Below, piece after piece: positions 12,136 to 27,100 of a stretch of DNA of 64,000 nucleotides; position 1 is the first letter of the stretch; every line of letters begins with the position of its first letter. The notes beneath the pieces are model-generated. The model saw only the letters and a list, made by a program, of their open reading frames with translations. It was not told where the DNA came from and did no database searches. Position numbers and translations under genes: made by a program. The DNA is from Nemertoderma westbladi. Its lineage: Eukaryota; Animalia; Xenacoelomorpha. The stretch is taken from NCBI GenBank assembly GCA_032718475.1, contig JAUCBJ010002880.1, forward strand, positions 7,959-71,958. Reading direction: 5' to 3'.

Positions 12136-15100
12136 GTCAGGTTACGTTAGGTTACTGGGTTAGAACCTTAGCCTACTTAGACTAGTAGATAACAGTTGAT
12201 CTGTTGAATACAGCATTATCTGATTACCGCTACCGGTCCGTTTGTATCTCCTCTGCGGTCTCTCGAGTCAGAGAGTTGACATTGACAGGTCCTGAATCCT
12301 GATGTCACAGTTGAGTCTACAGGCCAGTCATTTAGAATTCTGGATTAGGCCTATTGTACCGGTAATTGAGGTAACGGTACGGCAGCCGCCAGCCGGCATC
12401 TGATTCCATGATTTTCTTTTTACCAGCACCATTTTCTGCATTAATTTCATTCTGGTGCGCTCAACGAGTTCTCCATGTGTTTGGTAATTATACACTAAAA
12501 ACAATACAAGAATACCAGTGACTATCACCTTTCCCTTATCCGACTGAATCAGTTGTAATTAGGCTAACCAATTGCTACTGTTGAGACTGGGGGTCCTGCG
12601 TGTTCGGGTCAGACAGAGGTAGCGGATACATAACTATCTACCGGTACCTGTACTCAAATAATTATTATCAAGCTTAAACTGTTAAACAAAACTGTAATAA
12701 TTGAATATTTTATATAAAATTATCTTATATCATAATATATAGGCCTATTTTACTTATATAACAATAATCTTTTGCGAAATAGCACTTCCCGTATCGTTGC
12801 CATTCTTCACATTAGTCGTAATTTTTTTCATATCAATAGAAAGCTTGAGTTGCAATCAGAAAGTGGCACTATATTACGGGTCATGGTGTATAATGTCCGT
12901 ATGTTCAAATATTGGTTATACTGTTATGTTACTCCAAGTATAGTGAAACCCTATCCGACTTAGTTGACTGTAATTTCTAGTAAACCCTACAGAGATATTT
13001 ATATACCTACATAAATAATTCTTATCATGATATCGTTTTTCAGGATATTGCACTTTCTATACAAGATGAATTGGCTAAGAGTGTTGTTATCTCCGGTAAA
13101 TCTCATTCTCGGGTTTCAAGTAAGAGAAAAATCACCACTGAAGTCTCCACGGTAAGTTTAATGAACATCTGAAACACTCAAACTATCTACATAACCGTAT
13201 TGAACTATCTACTTAAACCGTATTGAACTATCTACCTAAACCGTATTGAACTATCTACCTAAACCCTATTGAACTATCTACCTAAACCGTATTGAACTAT
13301 CTACCTAATCCGTATTGAACTATCTACCTAAACCGTATTGAACTATCTACCTAAACCGTATTGAACTATCTACCTAAACCCTATTGAACTATCTACCTAA
13401 ACCGTATTGAACTATCTACCTAAACCCTATTGAACTATCTACATAAACCGGATTGAACTATCTACCTAAACCGTATTGAACTATCTACCTAAACCCTATT
13501 GAACTATCTACATAAACCGGATTGAACTATCTACCTAAACCGTATTGAACTATCTACCTAAACCCTATTGAACTATCTACCTAAACCGTATTGAACTATC
13601 TACCTAAACCCTATTGAACTATCTACATAAACCGTATTGAACTATCTACCTAAACCCTATTGAACTATCTACCTAAACCGTATTGAACTATCTACCTAAA
13701 CCGTATTGAACTATCTACCTAAACCGTATTGAACTATCTACCTAAACCGTATTGAACTATCTACCTAAACCGTATTGAACTATCTACCTAAACCTATTGA
13801 ACTATCTACCTAAACCGTATTGAACTATCTACCTAAACCGTATTGAACTATCTACCTAAACCGTATTGAACTATCTACCTAAACCGTATTGAACTATCTA
13901 CCTAAACCGTATTGAACTATCTACCTAAACCGTATTGAACTATCTACCTAAACCGTATTGAACTATCTACCTAAACCGTATTGAACTATCTACCTAAACC
14001 GTATTGAACTATCTACCTAAACCGTATTGAACTATCTACCTAAACCGTATTGAACTATCTACCTAAACCGTATTGAACTATCTACCTAAACCGTATTGAA
14101 CTATCTACCTAAACCGTATTGAACTATCTACCTAAACCGTATTGAACTATCTACCTAAACCGTATTGAACTATCTACCTAAACCCTATTGAACTATCTAC
14201 CTAAACCGTATTGAACTATCTACCTAAACCGTATTGAACTATCTACCTAAACCGTATTGAACTATCTACCTAAACCGTATTGAACTATCTACCTAAACCG
14301 TATTGAACTATCTACCTAAACCGTATTGAACTATCTACCTAAACCGTATTGAACTATCTACCTAAACCGTATTGAACTATCTACCTAAACCCTATTGAAC
14401 TATCTACCTAAACCGTATTGAACTATCTACCTAAACCCTATTGAACTATCTACCTAAACCCTATTGAACTATCTACCTAAACCGTATTGAACTATCTACC
14501 TAAACCCTATTGAACTATCTACCTAAACCCTATTGAACTATCTACCTAAACCGTATTGAACTATCTACCTAAACCGTATTGAACTATCTACCTAAACCGT
14601 ATTGAACTATCTACCTAAACCGTATTGAACTATCTACCTAAACCCTATTGAACTATCTACCTAAACCGTATTGAACTATCTACCTAAACCGTATTGAACT
14701 ATCTACCTAAACCGTATTGAACTATCTACCTAAACCGTATTGAACTATCTACCTAAACCGTATTGAACTATCTACCTAAACCGTATTGAACTATCTACCT
14801 AAACCGTATTGAACTATCTACCTAAACCGTATTGAACTATCTACCTAAACCGTATTGAACTATCTACCTAAACCGTATTGAACTATCTACCTAAACCGTA
14901 TTGAACTATCTACCTAAACCGTATTGAACTATCTACCTAAACCGTATTGAACTATCTACCTAAACCGTATTGAACTATCTACCTAAACCGTATTGAACTA
15001 TCTACCTAAACCGTATTGAACTATCTACCTAAACCGTATTGAACTATCTACCTAAACCGTATTGAACTATCTACCTAAACCGTATTGAACTATCTACCTA

Positions 15101-18100
15101 AACCGTATTGAACTATCTACCTAAACCGTATTGAACTATCTACCTAAACCGTATTGAACTATCTACCTAAACCGTATTGAACTATCTACCTAAACCGTAT
15201 TGAACTATCTACCTAAACCGTATTGAACTATCTACCTAAACCGTATTGAACTATCTACCTAAACCGTATTGAACTATCTACCTAAACCGTATTGAACTAT
15301 CTACCTAAACCGTATTGAACTATCTACCTAAACCGTATTGAACTATCTACCTAAACCGTATTGAACTATCTACCTAAACCGTATTGAACTATCTACCTAA
15401 ACCGTATTGAACTATCTACCTAAACCGTATTGAACTATCTACCTAAACCGTATTGAACTATCTACCTAAACCGTATTGAACTATCTACCTAAACCGTATT
15501 GAACTATCTACCTAAACCGTATTGAACTATCTACCTAAACCGTATTGAACTATCTACCTAAACCGTATTGAACTATCTACCTAAACCGTATTGAACTATC
15601 TACCTAAACCGTATTGAACTATCTACCTAAACCGTATTGAACTATCTACCTAAACCGTATTGAACTATCTACCTAAACCGTATTGAACTATCTACCTAAA
15701 CCGTATTGAACTATCTACCTAAACCGTATTGAACTATCTACCTAAACCGTATTGAACTATCTACCTAAACCGTATTGAACTATCTACCTAAACCCTATTG
15801 AACTATCTACCTAAACCGTATTGAACTATCTACCTAAACCGTATTGAACTATCTACCTAAACCGTATTGAACTATCTACCTAAACCGTATTGAACTATCT
15901 ACCTAAACCGTATTGAACTATCTACCTAAACCGTATTGAACTATCTACCTAAACCGTATTGAACTATCTACCTAAACCGTATTGAACTATCTACCTAAAC
16001 CGTATTGAACTATCTACCTAAACCGTATTGAACTATCTACCTAAACCGTATTGAACTATCTACCTAAACCGTATTGAACTATCTACCTAAACCGTATTGA
16101 ACTATCTACCTAAACCCTATTGAACTATCTACCTAAACCGTATTGAACTATCTACCTAAACCCTATTGAACTATCTACCTAAACCGTATTGAACTATCTA
16201 CCTAAACCGTATTGAACTATCTACCTAAACCGTATTGAACTATCTACCTAAACCGTATTGAACTATCTACCTAAACCGTATTGAACTATCTACCTAAACC
16301 GTATTGAACTATCTACCTAAACCGTATTGAACTATCTACCTAAACCGTATTGAACTATCTACCTAAACCGTATTGAACTATCTACCTAAACCGTATTGAA
16401 CTATCTACCTAAACCGTATTGAACTATCTACCTAAACCGTATTGAACTATCTACCTAAACCGTATTGAACTATCTACCTAAACCGTATTGAACTATCTAC
16501 CTAAACCGTATTGAACTATCTACCTAAACCGTATTGAACTATCTACCTAAACCCTATTGAACTATCTACCTAAACCGTATTGAACTATCTACCTAATCCG
16601 TATTGAACTATCTTCCTAAACCGTATTGAACTATCTACCTAAACCGTATTGAACTATCTACCTAAACCCTATTGAACTATCTACCTAAACCGTATTGAAC
16701 TATCTACCTAAACCCTATTGAACTATCTACCTAAACCGTATTGAACTATCTACCTAAACCCTATTGAACTATCTACCTAAACCCTATTGAACTATCTACC
16801 TAAACCCTATTGAACTATCTACCTAAACCGTATTGAACTATCTACCTAATCCGTATTGAACTATCTTCCTAAACCGTATTGAACTATCTACCTAAACCGT
16901 ATTGAACTATCTACCTAAACCCTATTGAACTATCTACCTAAACCGTATTGAACTATCTACCTAAACCCTATTGAACTATCTACCTAAACCGTATTGAACT
17001 ATCTACCTAAACCCTATTGAACTATCTACCTAAACCGTATTGAACTATCTACCTAAACCCTATTGAACTATCTACCTAAACCGTATTGAACTATCTACCT
17101 AAACCCTATTGAACTATCTACCTAAACCGTATTGAACTATCTACCTAAACCCTATTGAACTATCTACCTAAACCGTATTGAACTATCTACCTAAACCCTA
17201 TTGAACTATCTACCTAAACCGTATTGAACTATCTACATAAACCGTATTGAACTATCTACCTAAACCGTATTGAACTATCTACCTAAACCCTATTGAACTA
17301 TCTACCTAAACCCTATTGAACTATCTACCTAAACCCTATTGAACTATCTACCTAAACCCCATTGAACTATCTTCCTAAACCCTATTGAACTATCTACATA
17401 AACCGTATTGAACTATCTACCTAAACCGTATTGAACTATCTACCTAGCTAGATAAACTCCATAATATATTTAACAACTTACTGTGACCATTTACTTTGGC
17501 TCACAATTTACTGAAAATAGAAGACTTACGGTAATTCAGTTTTCCGAATCCAACTCGCCGAAGAAACCAAACACATTGCAAGTTATATGATTTCTTAATT
17601 AATCATCAATTTATGATAGTATTTTTGAAACTGTTATTCTTCCGTGTGGCTTTAATATCTGCTGTTTTATACGGCTGTGAAGTGAATCTTGGCTCGGCTC
17701 GAAGCAAAATAAACTTTGCAACTTTGTTTCGGAGTCCGACCTGCGTGACTTGGGGTCAGGTTATCCAACCCCAGGGTCATTTATTCTAGAACAGTAAACT
17801 CGGAGTTTAGTTTCCGTGATGTCGGAGCCTCACCTACATGAGCCTTTAATGTTCACCATTGAGGTCTGCACTGCATGTCTGCCGGCACACATGGCTAACA
17901 GGATAGAGGAACTGATCAACAATGCTTGCAACAAGAGAAACCCCATCACAGAATGCGAATACAGAGTGAAAGCTATTGTAAAAATACTCTCAGACCACGG
18001 TTTGAGCTACGAGGTATTCTACTTACCTATGTATGAACCCGACTTTATCTACTCCCGAAATTTATTTCCGGTCGGGTTGCTTAATTGAACTTGATCGGAT

Positions 18101-21100
18101 AGCCTGGACCGAATTCCCACTAATGTCAACCAGACTGCCAGCGGAGTTGGGTTGGGAAGATGGAGTCGTGCTAGTTACGTTGCACAGTTGTGCAAATACG
18201 GTGACGCACACACAGAGATCATATAATTGTTAGTTTCCAGCTGCAACACCGAGAGGTCCACCTACCTAAAACACCCTATTTCCTGTGTGACCTGATGGAG
18301 CCGGTCTTATATTAAACAACTTAATGAATGATATTGGATAGGATAACCTTACTGAACTCTAATTAAACCTTACTGAACTCTATTTAAACCTTACTGAACT
18401 CTAATTAAACCTTACTGAACTCTAATTAAAGCTTACTGAACTCTAATTAAACCTTACTGAACTCTAATTAAACCTTAATGAACTCTATACCGGTGATTAA
18501 ACCTTACAGAACTCTATAATTAAACCTTACTGAACTCTAATTAAACCTTACTGAACTCGGTAATTAAACCTTACTGAACTCTAATTAAACCTTACTGAAC
18601 TCTAATTAAACCTTACTGAACTCTAATTAAACTTTGCTGAACTCTATAATTAAACCTTACTGAACTCTAATTAAACCTTACTGAACTCTAATTAAACCTT
18701 ACTGAACTCTAATTAAACCTTACTGAACTCTATACCGGTAATTAAACCTTACAGAACTCTATAATTAAACCTTACTGAACTCTAATTAAACCTTACTGAA
18801 CTCTAATAAAACCTTACTGAACTCTAATTAAACCTTACTGAACTCTATAATTAAACCTTACTGAACTCTATAATTAAACCTTACTGAACTCTAATTAAAC
18901 CTTACTGAACTCTAATGAAAACCTTACTGAACTCTAATTAAACCTTACTGAACTCTATAATGAAACTTTACTGAACTCTAAATAAACCTTACTGAACTCT
19001 AATTAAACCTTACTGAACTCTAATTAAACCTTACTGAACTCTATAATTAAACCTTACTGAACTCTAATTAAACCTTACTGAACTCTATAATTAAACCTTG
19101 CTGAACTCTAATTAAACCTTACTGAACTCCAATTAAACCTTACTGAACTCTAATTAAACCTTAATGAACTCTAATTAAACCTTACTGAACTCTATAATTA
19201 AACCTTACTGAACTCTAATTAAACCTTACTGAACTCTGATTAAACCTTACTGAACTCGGTAATTAAACCTTACTGAACTCTAATTAAACCTTACTGAAGT
19301 CTAATTAAACCTTACTGAACTCTAATAAAACCTTACTGAACTCTAATTAAACCTTACTGAACTCGGTAATTAAACCTTACTGAACTCTAATTAAACCTTA
19401 CTGAACTCTAATTAAACCATACTGAACTCTAATTAAACCTTACTGAACTCTAATTAAACCTTACTGAACTCGGTAATTAAACCTTACTGAACTCTAATTA
19501 AACCTTACTGAACTCTAATTAAACCATACTGAACTCTAATTAAACCATACTGAACTCTAATTAAACCTTACTGAACTCTAATTAAACCTTACTGAACTCT
19601 AATTAAACCTTACTGAACTCTAATTAAACCTTACTGAACTCTAATTAAACCTTACTGAACTCTAATTAAACCTTAATGAACTCTAATTAAACCTTACTGA
19701 ACTCTAATTAAACCTTACTGAACTCTAATTAAACCTTACTGAACTCTAATTAAACCTTACTGAACTCTATAATTAAACCTTAATGAACTCGGTAATTAAA
19801 CCTTACTGAACTCTAATTAAACCTTAATGAACTCTAATTAAACCTTACTGAACTCTATAATTAAACCTTACTGAACTCTAATTAAACCTTACTGAACTCT
19901 AATTAAACCTTACTGAACTCTAATAAAACCTTACTGAACTCTAATTAAACCTTACTGAACTCTAATTAAACCTTAATGAACTCTAATTAAACCTTACTGA
20001 ACTCTATAATTAAACCTTACTGAACTCTAATTAAACCTTACTGAACTCCAATTAAACCTTACTGAACTCTATAATTAAACCTTACTGAACTCTACTTAAA
20101 CCTTACTGAACTCTAATTAAACCTTACTGAACTCTATAATTAAACCTTACTGAACTCTAATTAAACCTTACTGAACTCTAATTAAACCTTACTGAACTTT
20201 AATTAAACCTTAATGAACTCTAATTAAACCTTACTGAACTCTATAATTAAACCTTACTGAACTCTAATTAAACCTTACTGAACTCTAATTAAACCTTACT
20301 GAACTCTATAATTAAACCTTAATGAACTCGGTAATTAAACCTTACTGAACTCTAATTAAACCTTACTGAACTCTAATTAAACCTTACTGAACTCGGTAAT
20401 TAAACCTTACTGAACTCTAATTAAACCTTACTGAACTCTGATTAAACCTTACTGAACTCTAATTAAACCTTACTGAACTCGGTAAATAAACCTTACTGAA
20501 CTCTAATTAAACTTTACTGAACTCTAATTAAACCTTACTGAACTCTAATTAAACCTTAATGAACTCTAATTAAACCTTACAGAACTCTATAATTAAACCT
20601 TACTGAACTCTAATTAAACCTTACTGAACTCTGATTAAACCTTACTGAACTCTAATTAAACCTTACTGAACTCGGTAAATAAACCTTACTGAACTCTAAT
20701 TAAACTTTACTGAACTCTAATTAAACCTTACTGAACTCTAATTAAACCTTAATGAACTCTAATTAAACCTTACAGAACTCTATAATTAAACCTTACTGAA
20801 CTCTAATTAAACCTTACTGAACTCTGATTAAACCTTACTGAACTCTAATTAAACCTTACTGAACTCGGTAAATAAACCTTACTGAACTCTAATTAAACTT
20901 TACTGAACTCTAATTAAACCTTACTGAACTCTAATTAAACCTTAATGAACTCTAATTAAACCTTACAGAACTCTATAATTAAACCTTACTGAACTCTAAT
21001 TAAACCTTGAACTCTAATTAAACCTTACTGAACTCTAATTAAACCTTACTGAACTCGGTAAATAAACCTTACTGAACTCTAATTAAACCTTAATGAACTC

Positions 21101-24100
21101 TAATTAAACCTTACAGAACTCTATAATTAAACCTTACTGAACTCTAATTAAACCTTACTGAACTCTAATTAAACCTTGCTGAACTCTAATTAAACCTTAC
21201 TGAACTCTAATTAAACCTTACTGAACTCGGTAATTAAACCTTAATGAACTCGGTAATTAAACCTTACTGAACTCTAATTAAACCTTTCTGAACTCTAATT
21301 AAACCTTACTAAGCTCTAATTAAACCATACTGAACTCTAATTAAACCTTACTGAACTCTAATTAAACCTTTCTGAACTCTAATTAAACCTTACTAAGCTC
21401 TAATTAAACCATACTGAACTCTAATTAAACCTTACTGAACTCTAATTAAACCTTACTGAACTCGAATTAAACCTTACTGGACTCTAATTAAACCTTACTG
21501 AACTCGGTAATTAAACCTTACTGAACTCTATAATTAAACCTTACTGAACTCTAATTAAACCTTACTGAACTCTAATTAAACCTTACTGAACTCTAATTAA
21601 ACCTTACTGAACTCTAATTAAACCTTACTGAACTCTATAATTAAACCTTACTGAACTCTAATTAAACCTTACTGAACTCTAATTAAACCTTACTGAACTC
21701 TATAATTAAACCTTACTGAACTCTAATTAAACCTTACTGAACTCTAATTAAACCTTTCTGAACTCTAATTAAACCTTACTAAGCTCTAATTAAACCATAC
21801 TGAACTCTAATTAAACCTTACTGAACTCTAATTAAACCTTACTGAACTCTAATTAAACCTTACTGAACTCTAATTAAACCTTACTGAACTCGGTAATTAA
21901 ACCTTACTGAACTCTAATTAAACCTTAGTGAACTCTAATTAAACCTTACTGAACTCTAATTAAACCTTACTGAACTCGGTAATTAAACCTTACTGAACTC
22001 TAATTAAACCTTACTGAACTCTAATTAAACCTTACTGAACTCTAATTAAACCTTACTGAACTCTATAATTAAACCTTACTGAACTCTATAATTAAACCTT
22101 ACTGAACTCGGTAATTAAACCTTACTGAACTCTATAATTAAACCTTAATGAACTCGGTAATTAAACCTTACTGAACTCTAATTAAACCTTACTGAACTCT
22201 ATAATTAAACCTTACTGAACTCTAATTAAACCTTACTGAACTCTAATTAAACCTTACTGAACTCTAATTAAACCTTAATGAACTCTAATTAAACCTTACT
22301 GAACTCTAATTAAACCTTACTGAACTCTATAATTAAACCTTAATGAACTCGGTAATTAAACCTTACTGAACTCTAATTAAACCTTACTGAACTCTAATTA
22401 AACCTTACTGAACTCGGTAATTAAACCTTACTGAGCTCTAATTAAACCTTACTGAACTCTAATTAAACCTTACTGAACTCTAATTAAACCTTACTGAACT
22501 CTAATTAAACCTTAATGAACTCTAATTAAACCTTACTGAACTCGGTAATTAAACCATACTGAACTCTAATTAAACCTTAATGAACTCTAATTAAACCTTA
22601 CTGAACTCTAATTAAACCTTAATGAACTCTAATTAAACCTTACTGAACTCGGTAATTAAACCATACTGAACTCTAATTAAACCTTACTGAGCTCTAATTA
22701 AACCTTACTGAACTCTAATTAAACCTTGCTGAACTCTAATTAAACCTTACTGAACTCTAATTAAACCTTACTGAACTCGGTAATTAAACCTTAATGAACT
22801 CGGTAATTAAACCTTACTGAACTCTAATTAAACCTTTCTGAACTCTAATTAAACCTTACTAAGCTCTAATTAAACCATACTGAACTCTAATTAAACCTTA
22901 CTGAACTCTAATTAAACCTTTCTGAACTCTAATTAAACCTTACTAAGCTCTAATTAAACCATACTGAACTCTAATTAAACCTTACTGAACTCTAATTAAA
23001 CCTTACTGAACTCGAATTAAACCTTACTGGACTCTAATTAAACCTTACTGAACTCGGTAATTAAACCTTACTGAACTCTATAATTAAACCTTACTGAACT
23101 CTAATTAAACCTTACTGAACTCTAATTAAACCTTACTGAACTCTAATTAAACCTTACTGAACTCTAATTAAACCTTACTGAACTCTATAATTAAACCTTA
23201 CTGAACTCTAATTAAACCTTACTGAACTCTAATTAAACCTTACTGAACTCTATAATTAAACCTTACTGAACTCTAATTAAACCTTACTGAACTCTAATTA
23301 AACCTTTCTGAACTCTAATTAAACCTTACTAAGCTCTAATTAAACCATACTGAACTCTAATTAAACCTTACTGAACTCTAATTAAACCTTACTGAACTCT
23401 AATTAAACCTTACTGAACTCTAATTAAACCTTACTGAACTCGGTAATTAAACCTTACTGAACTCTAATTAAACCTTAGTGAACTCTAATTAAACCTTACT
23501 GAACTCTAATTAAACCTTACTGAACTCGGTAATTAAACCTTACTGAACTCTAATTAAACCTTACTGAACTCTAATTAAACCTTACTGAACTCTAATTAAA
23601 CCTTACTGAACTCTATAATTAAACCTTACTGAACTCTATAATTAAACCTTACTGAACTCGGTAATTAAACCTTACTGAACTCTATAATTAAACCTTAATG
23701 AACTCGGTAATTAAACCTTACTGAACTCTAATTAAACCTTACTGAACTCTATAATTAAACCTTACTGAACTCTAATTAAACCTTACTGAACTCTAATTAA
23801 ACCTTACTGAACTCTAATTAAACCTTAATGAACTCTAATTAAACCTTACTGAACTCTAATTAAACCTTACTGAACTCTATAATTAAACCTTAATGAACTC
23901 GGTAATTAAACCTTACTGAACTCTAATTAAACCTTACTGAACTCTAATTAAACCTTACTGAACTCGGTAATTAAACCTTACTGAGCTCTAATTAAACCTT
24001 ACTGAACTCTAATTAAACCTTACTGAACTCTAATTAAACCTTACTGAACTCTAATTAAACCTTAATGAACTCTAATTAAACCTTACTGAACTCGGTAATT

Positions 24101-27100
24101 AAACCATACTGAACTCTAATTAAACCTTAATGAACTCTAATTAAACCTTACTGAACTCTAATTAAACCTTAATGAACTCTAATTAAACCTTACTGAACTC
24201 GGTAATTAAACCATACTGAACTCTAATTAAACCTTACTGAGCTCTAATTAAACCTTACTGAACTCTAATTAAACCTTACTGAACTCTAATTAAACCTTAC
24301 TGAACTCTAATTAAACCTTAATGAACTCTAATTAAACCTTACTGAACTCGGTAATTAAACCTTACTGAACTCTATAATTAAACCTTAATGAACTCGGTAA
24401 TTAAACCTTACTGAACTCTAATTAAACCTTACTGAACTCTAATTAAACCTTACTGAACTCGGTAATTAAACCTTACTGAGCTCTAATTAAACCTTACTGA
24501 ACTCTAATTAAACCTTACTGAACTCTAATTAAACCTTACTGAACTCTAATTAAACCTTACTGAACTCTAATTAAACCTTACTGAACTCTAATTAAACCTT
24601 ACTGAACTCTAATTAAACCTTACTGAACTCTAATTAAACCTTACTGAACTCTAATTAAACCTTACTGAACTCGGTAATTAAAACCTTACTGAACTCTAAT
24701 TAAACCTTACTGAACTCTAATTAAACCTTTCTGAACTCTAATTAAACCTTACTGAACTCTAATTAAACCTTACTGAACTCTAATTAAACCTTGCTGAACT
24801 CTAATTAAACCTTGCTGAACTCTAATTAAACCTTACTGAACTCTGATTAAATCTTACTGAACTCGGTAATTAAACCTTACTGAACTCTAATTAAACCTTA
24901 CTGAAGTCTAATTAAACCTTACTGAACTCTAATTAAACCTTACTGAACTCTAATTAAACCTTACTGAACTCTAATTAAACCTTACTGAACTCGGTAATTA
25001 AACCTTACTGAACTCTAATTAAACCTTACTGAACTCTAATTAAACCTTACTGAACTCTAATTAAACCTTATTGAACTCTAATTAAACCTTACTGAACTCG
25101 GTAATTAAACCTTACTGAACTCTAATTAAACCTTACTGAACTCTGATTAAACCTTACTGAACTCAGTAATTAAACCTTACTGAACTCTAATTAAACCTTA
25201 CTGAACTCTATAATTAAACCTTACTGAACTCTATAATTAAACCTTACTGAACTCTAATTAAACCTTACTGAACTCTAATTAAACCTTACTGAACTCTAAT
25301 TAAACCTTACTGAACTCTATAATTAAACCTTACTGAACTCTAATTAAACCTTACTGAACTCTAATTAAACCTTACTGAACTCTATAATTAAACCTTACTG
25401 AACTCTATAATTAAACCTTACTGAACTCTAATTAAACCTTACTGAACTCTAATTAAACCTTACTGAACTCTAATTAAACCTTACTGAACTCGGTAATTAA
25501 ACCTTACTGAACTCTAATTAAACCTTACTGAACTCTAATTAAACCTTTCTGAACTCTAATTAAACCTTACTGAACTCTAATTAAACCTTACTGAACTCTA
25601 ATTAAACCTTACTGAACTCTAATTAAACCTTACTGAACTCTAATTAAACCTTTCTGAACTCGGTAATTAAACCTTACTGAACTCTAATTAAACCTTACTG
25701 AACTCTAATTAAACCATACTGAACTCTATAATTAAACCTTACTGAACTCTAATTAAACCTTACTGAACTCGGTAATTAAACCTTACTGAACTCTAATTAA
25801 ACCTTAGTGAACTCTTATTAAACCTTGCTGAACTCTAATTAAACCTTACTGAACTCTAATTAAACCTTACTGAACTCGGTAATTAAACCATACTGAACTC
25901 TAATTAAACCTTAATGAACTCTAATTAAACCTTACTGAACTCTATAATTAAACCTTACTGAACTCTAATTAAACCTTACTGAACTCTAATTAAACCTTAC
26001 TGAACTCGGTAATTAAACCTTACTGAACTCTAATTAAACCTTACTGAACTCTAATTAAACCTTGCTGAACTCTAATTAAACCTTACTAAGCTCTAATTAA
26101 ACCATACTGAACTCTAATTAAACCTTACTGAACTCCAATTAAACCTTACTGAACTCTAATAAAACCTTACTGAACTCTAATTAAACCTTACTGAACTCTA
26201 ATTAAACCTTACTGAACTCTAATTAAACCTTACTGAACTCTAATAAAACCTTACTGAACTCTAATTAAACCTTACTGAACTCTATAATTAAACCTTAATG
26301 AACTCGGTAATTAAACCTTACTGAACTCTAATTAAACCTTACTTAACTCTAATTAAACCTTACTGAACTCTAATTAAACCTTACTTAACTCTAATTAAAC
26401 CTTACTGAACTCTAATAAAACCTTACTGAACTCTAATTAAACCTTACTGAACTCTATAATTAAACCTTAATGAACTCGGTAATTAAACCTTACTGAACTC
26501 TAATTAAACCTTACTTAACTCTAATTAAACCTTACTGAACTCTAATTAAACCTTACTTAACTCTAATTAAACCTTACTGAACTCTAATAAAACCTTACTG
26601 AACTCTAATTAAACCTTACTGAACTCTATAATTAAACCTTAATGAACTCGGTAATTAAACCTTACTGAACTCTAATTAAACCTTACTTAACTCTAATTAA
26701 ACCTTACTGAACTCTAATTAAACCTTACTTAACTCTAATTAAACCTTACTGAACTCTAATTAAACCTTACTGAACTCGGTAATTAAACCTTACTGAACTC
26801 TAATTAAACCTTACTTAACTCTAATTAAACCTTACTTAACTCTAATTAAACCTTACTGAACTCTAATAAAACCTTACTGAACTCTAATTAAACCTTACTG
26901 AACTCTATAATTAAACCTTAATGAACTCGGTAATTAAACCTTACTGAACTCTAATTAAACCTTACTTTACTCTAATTAAACCTTACTGAACTCTAATAAA
27001 ACCTTACTTAACTCTAATTAAACCTTACTGAACTCTAATTAAACCTTACTGAACTCGGTAATTAAACCTTACTGAACTCTAATTAAACCTTACTGAACTC

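Noticed and set aside
13181-17446. Telomeric repeat origin of the satellites (CCTAAA/TAACC words)
   Set aside because: Only isolated 5-6 nt matches per monomer; no tandem TTAGG(G) runs.
17521-17530. 10 nt micro-exon (ag|AAGACTTACG|gtaatt)
   Set aside because: It would break the frame between phase-0 exons 2 and 3 and has a poor pyrimidine tract.
18289-18306. Hammerhead ribozyme at GACCTGATGGAGCCGGTC
   Set aside because: The core is CTGATGG rather than CTGANGA, and there is no properly placed GAAA.
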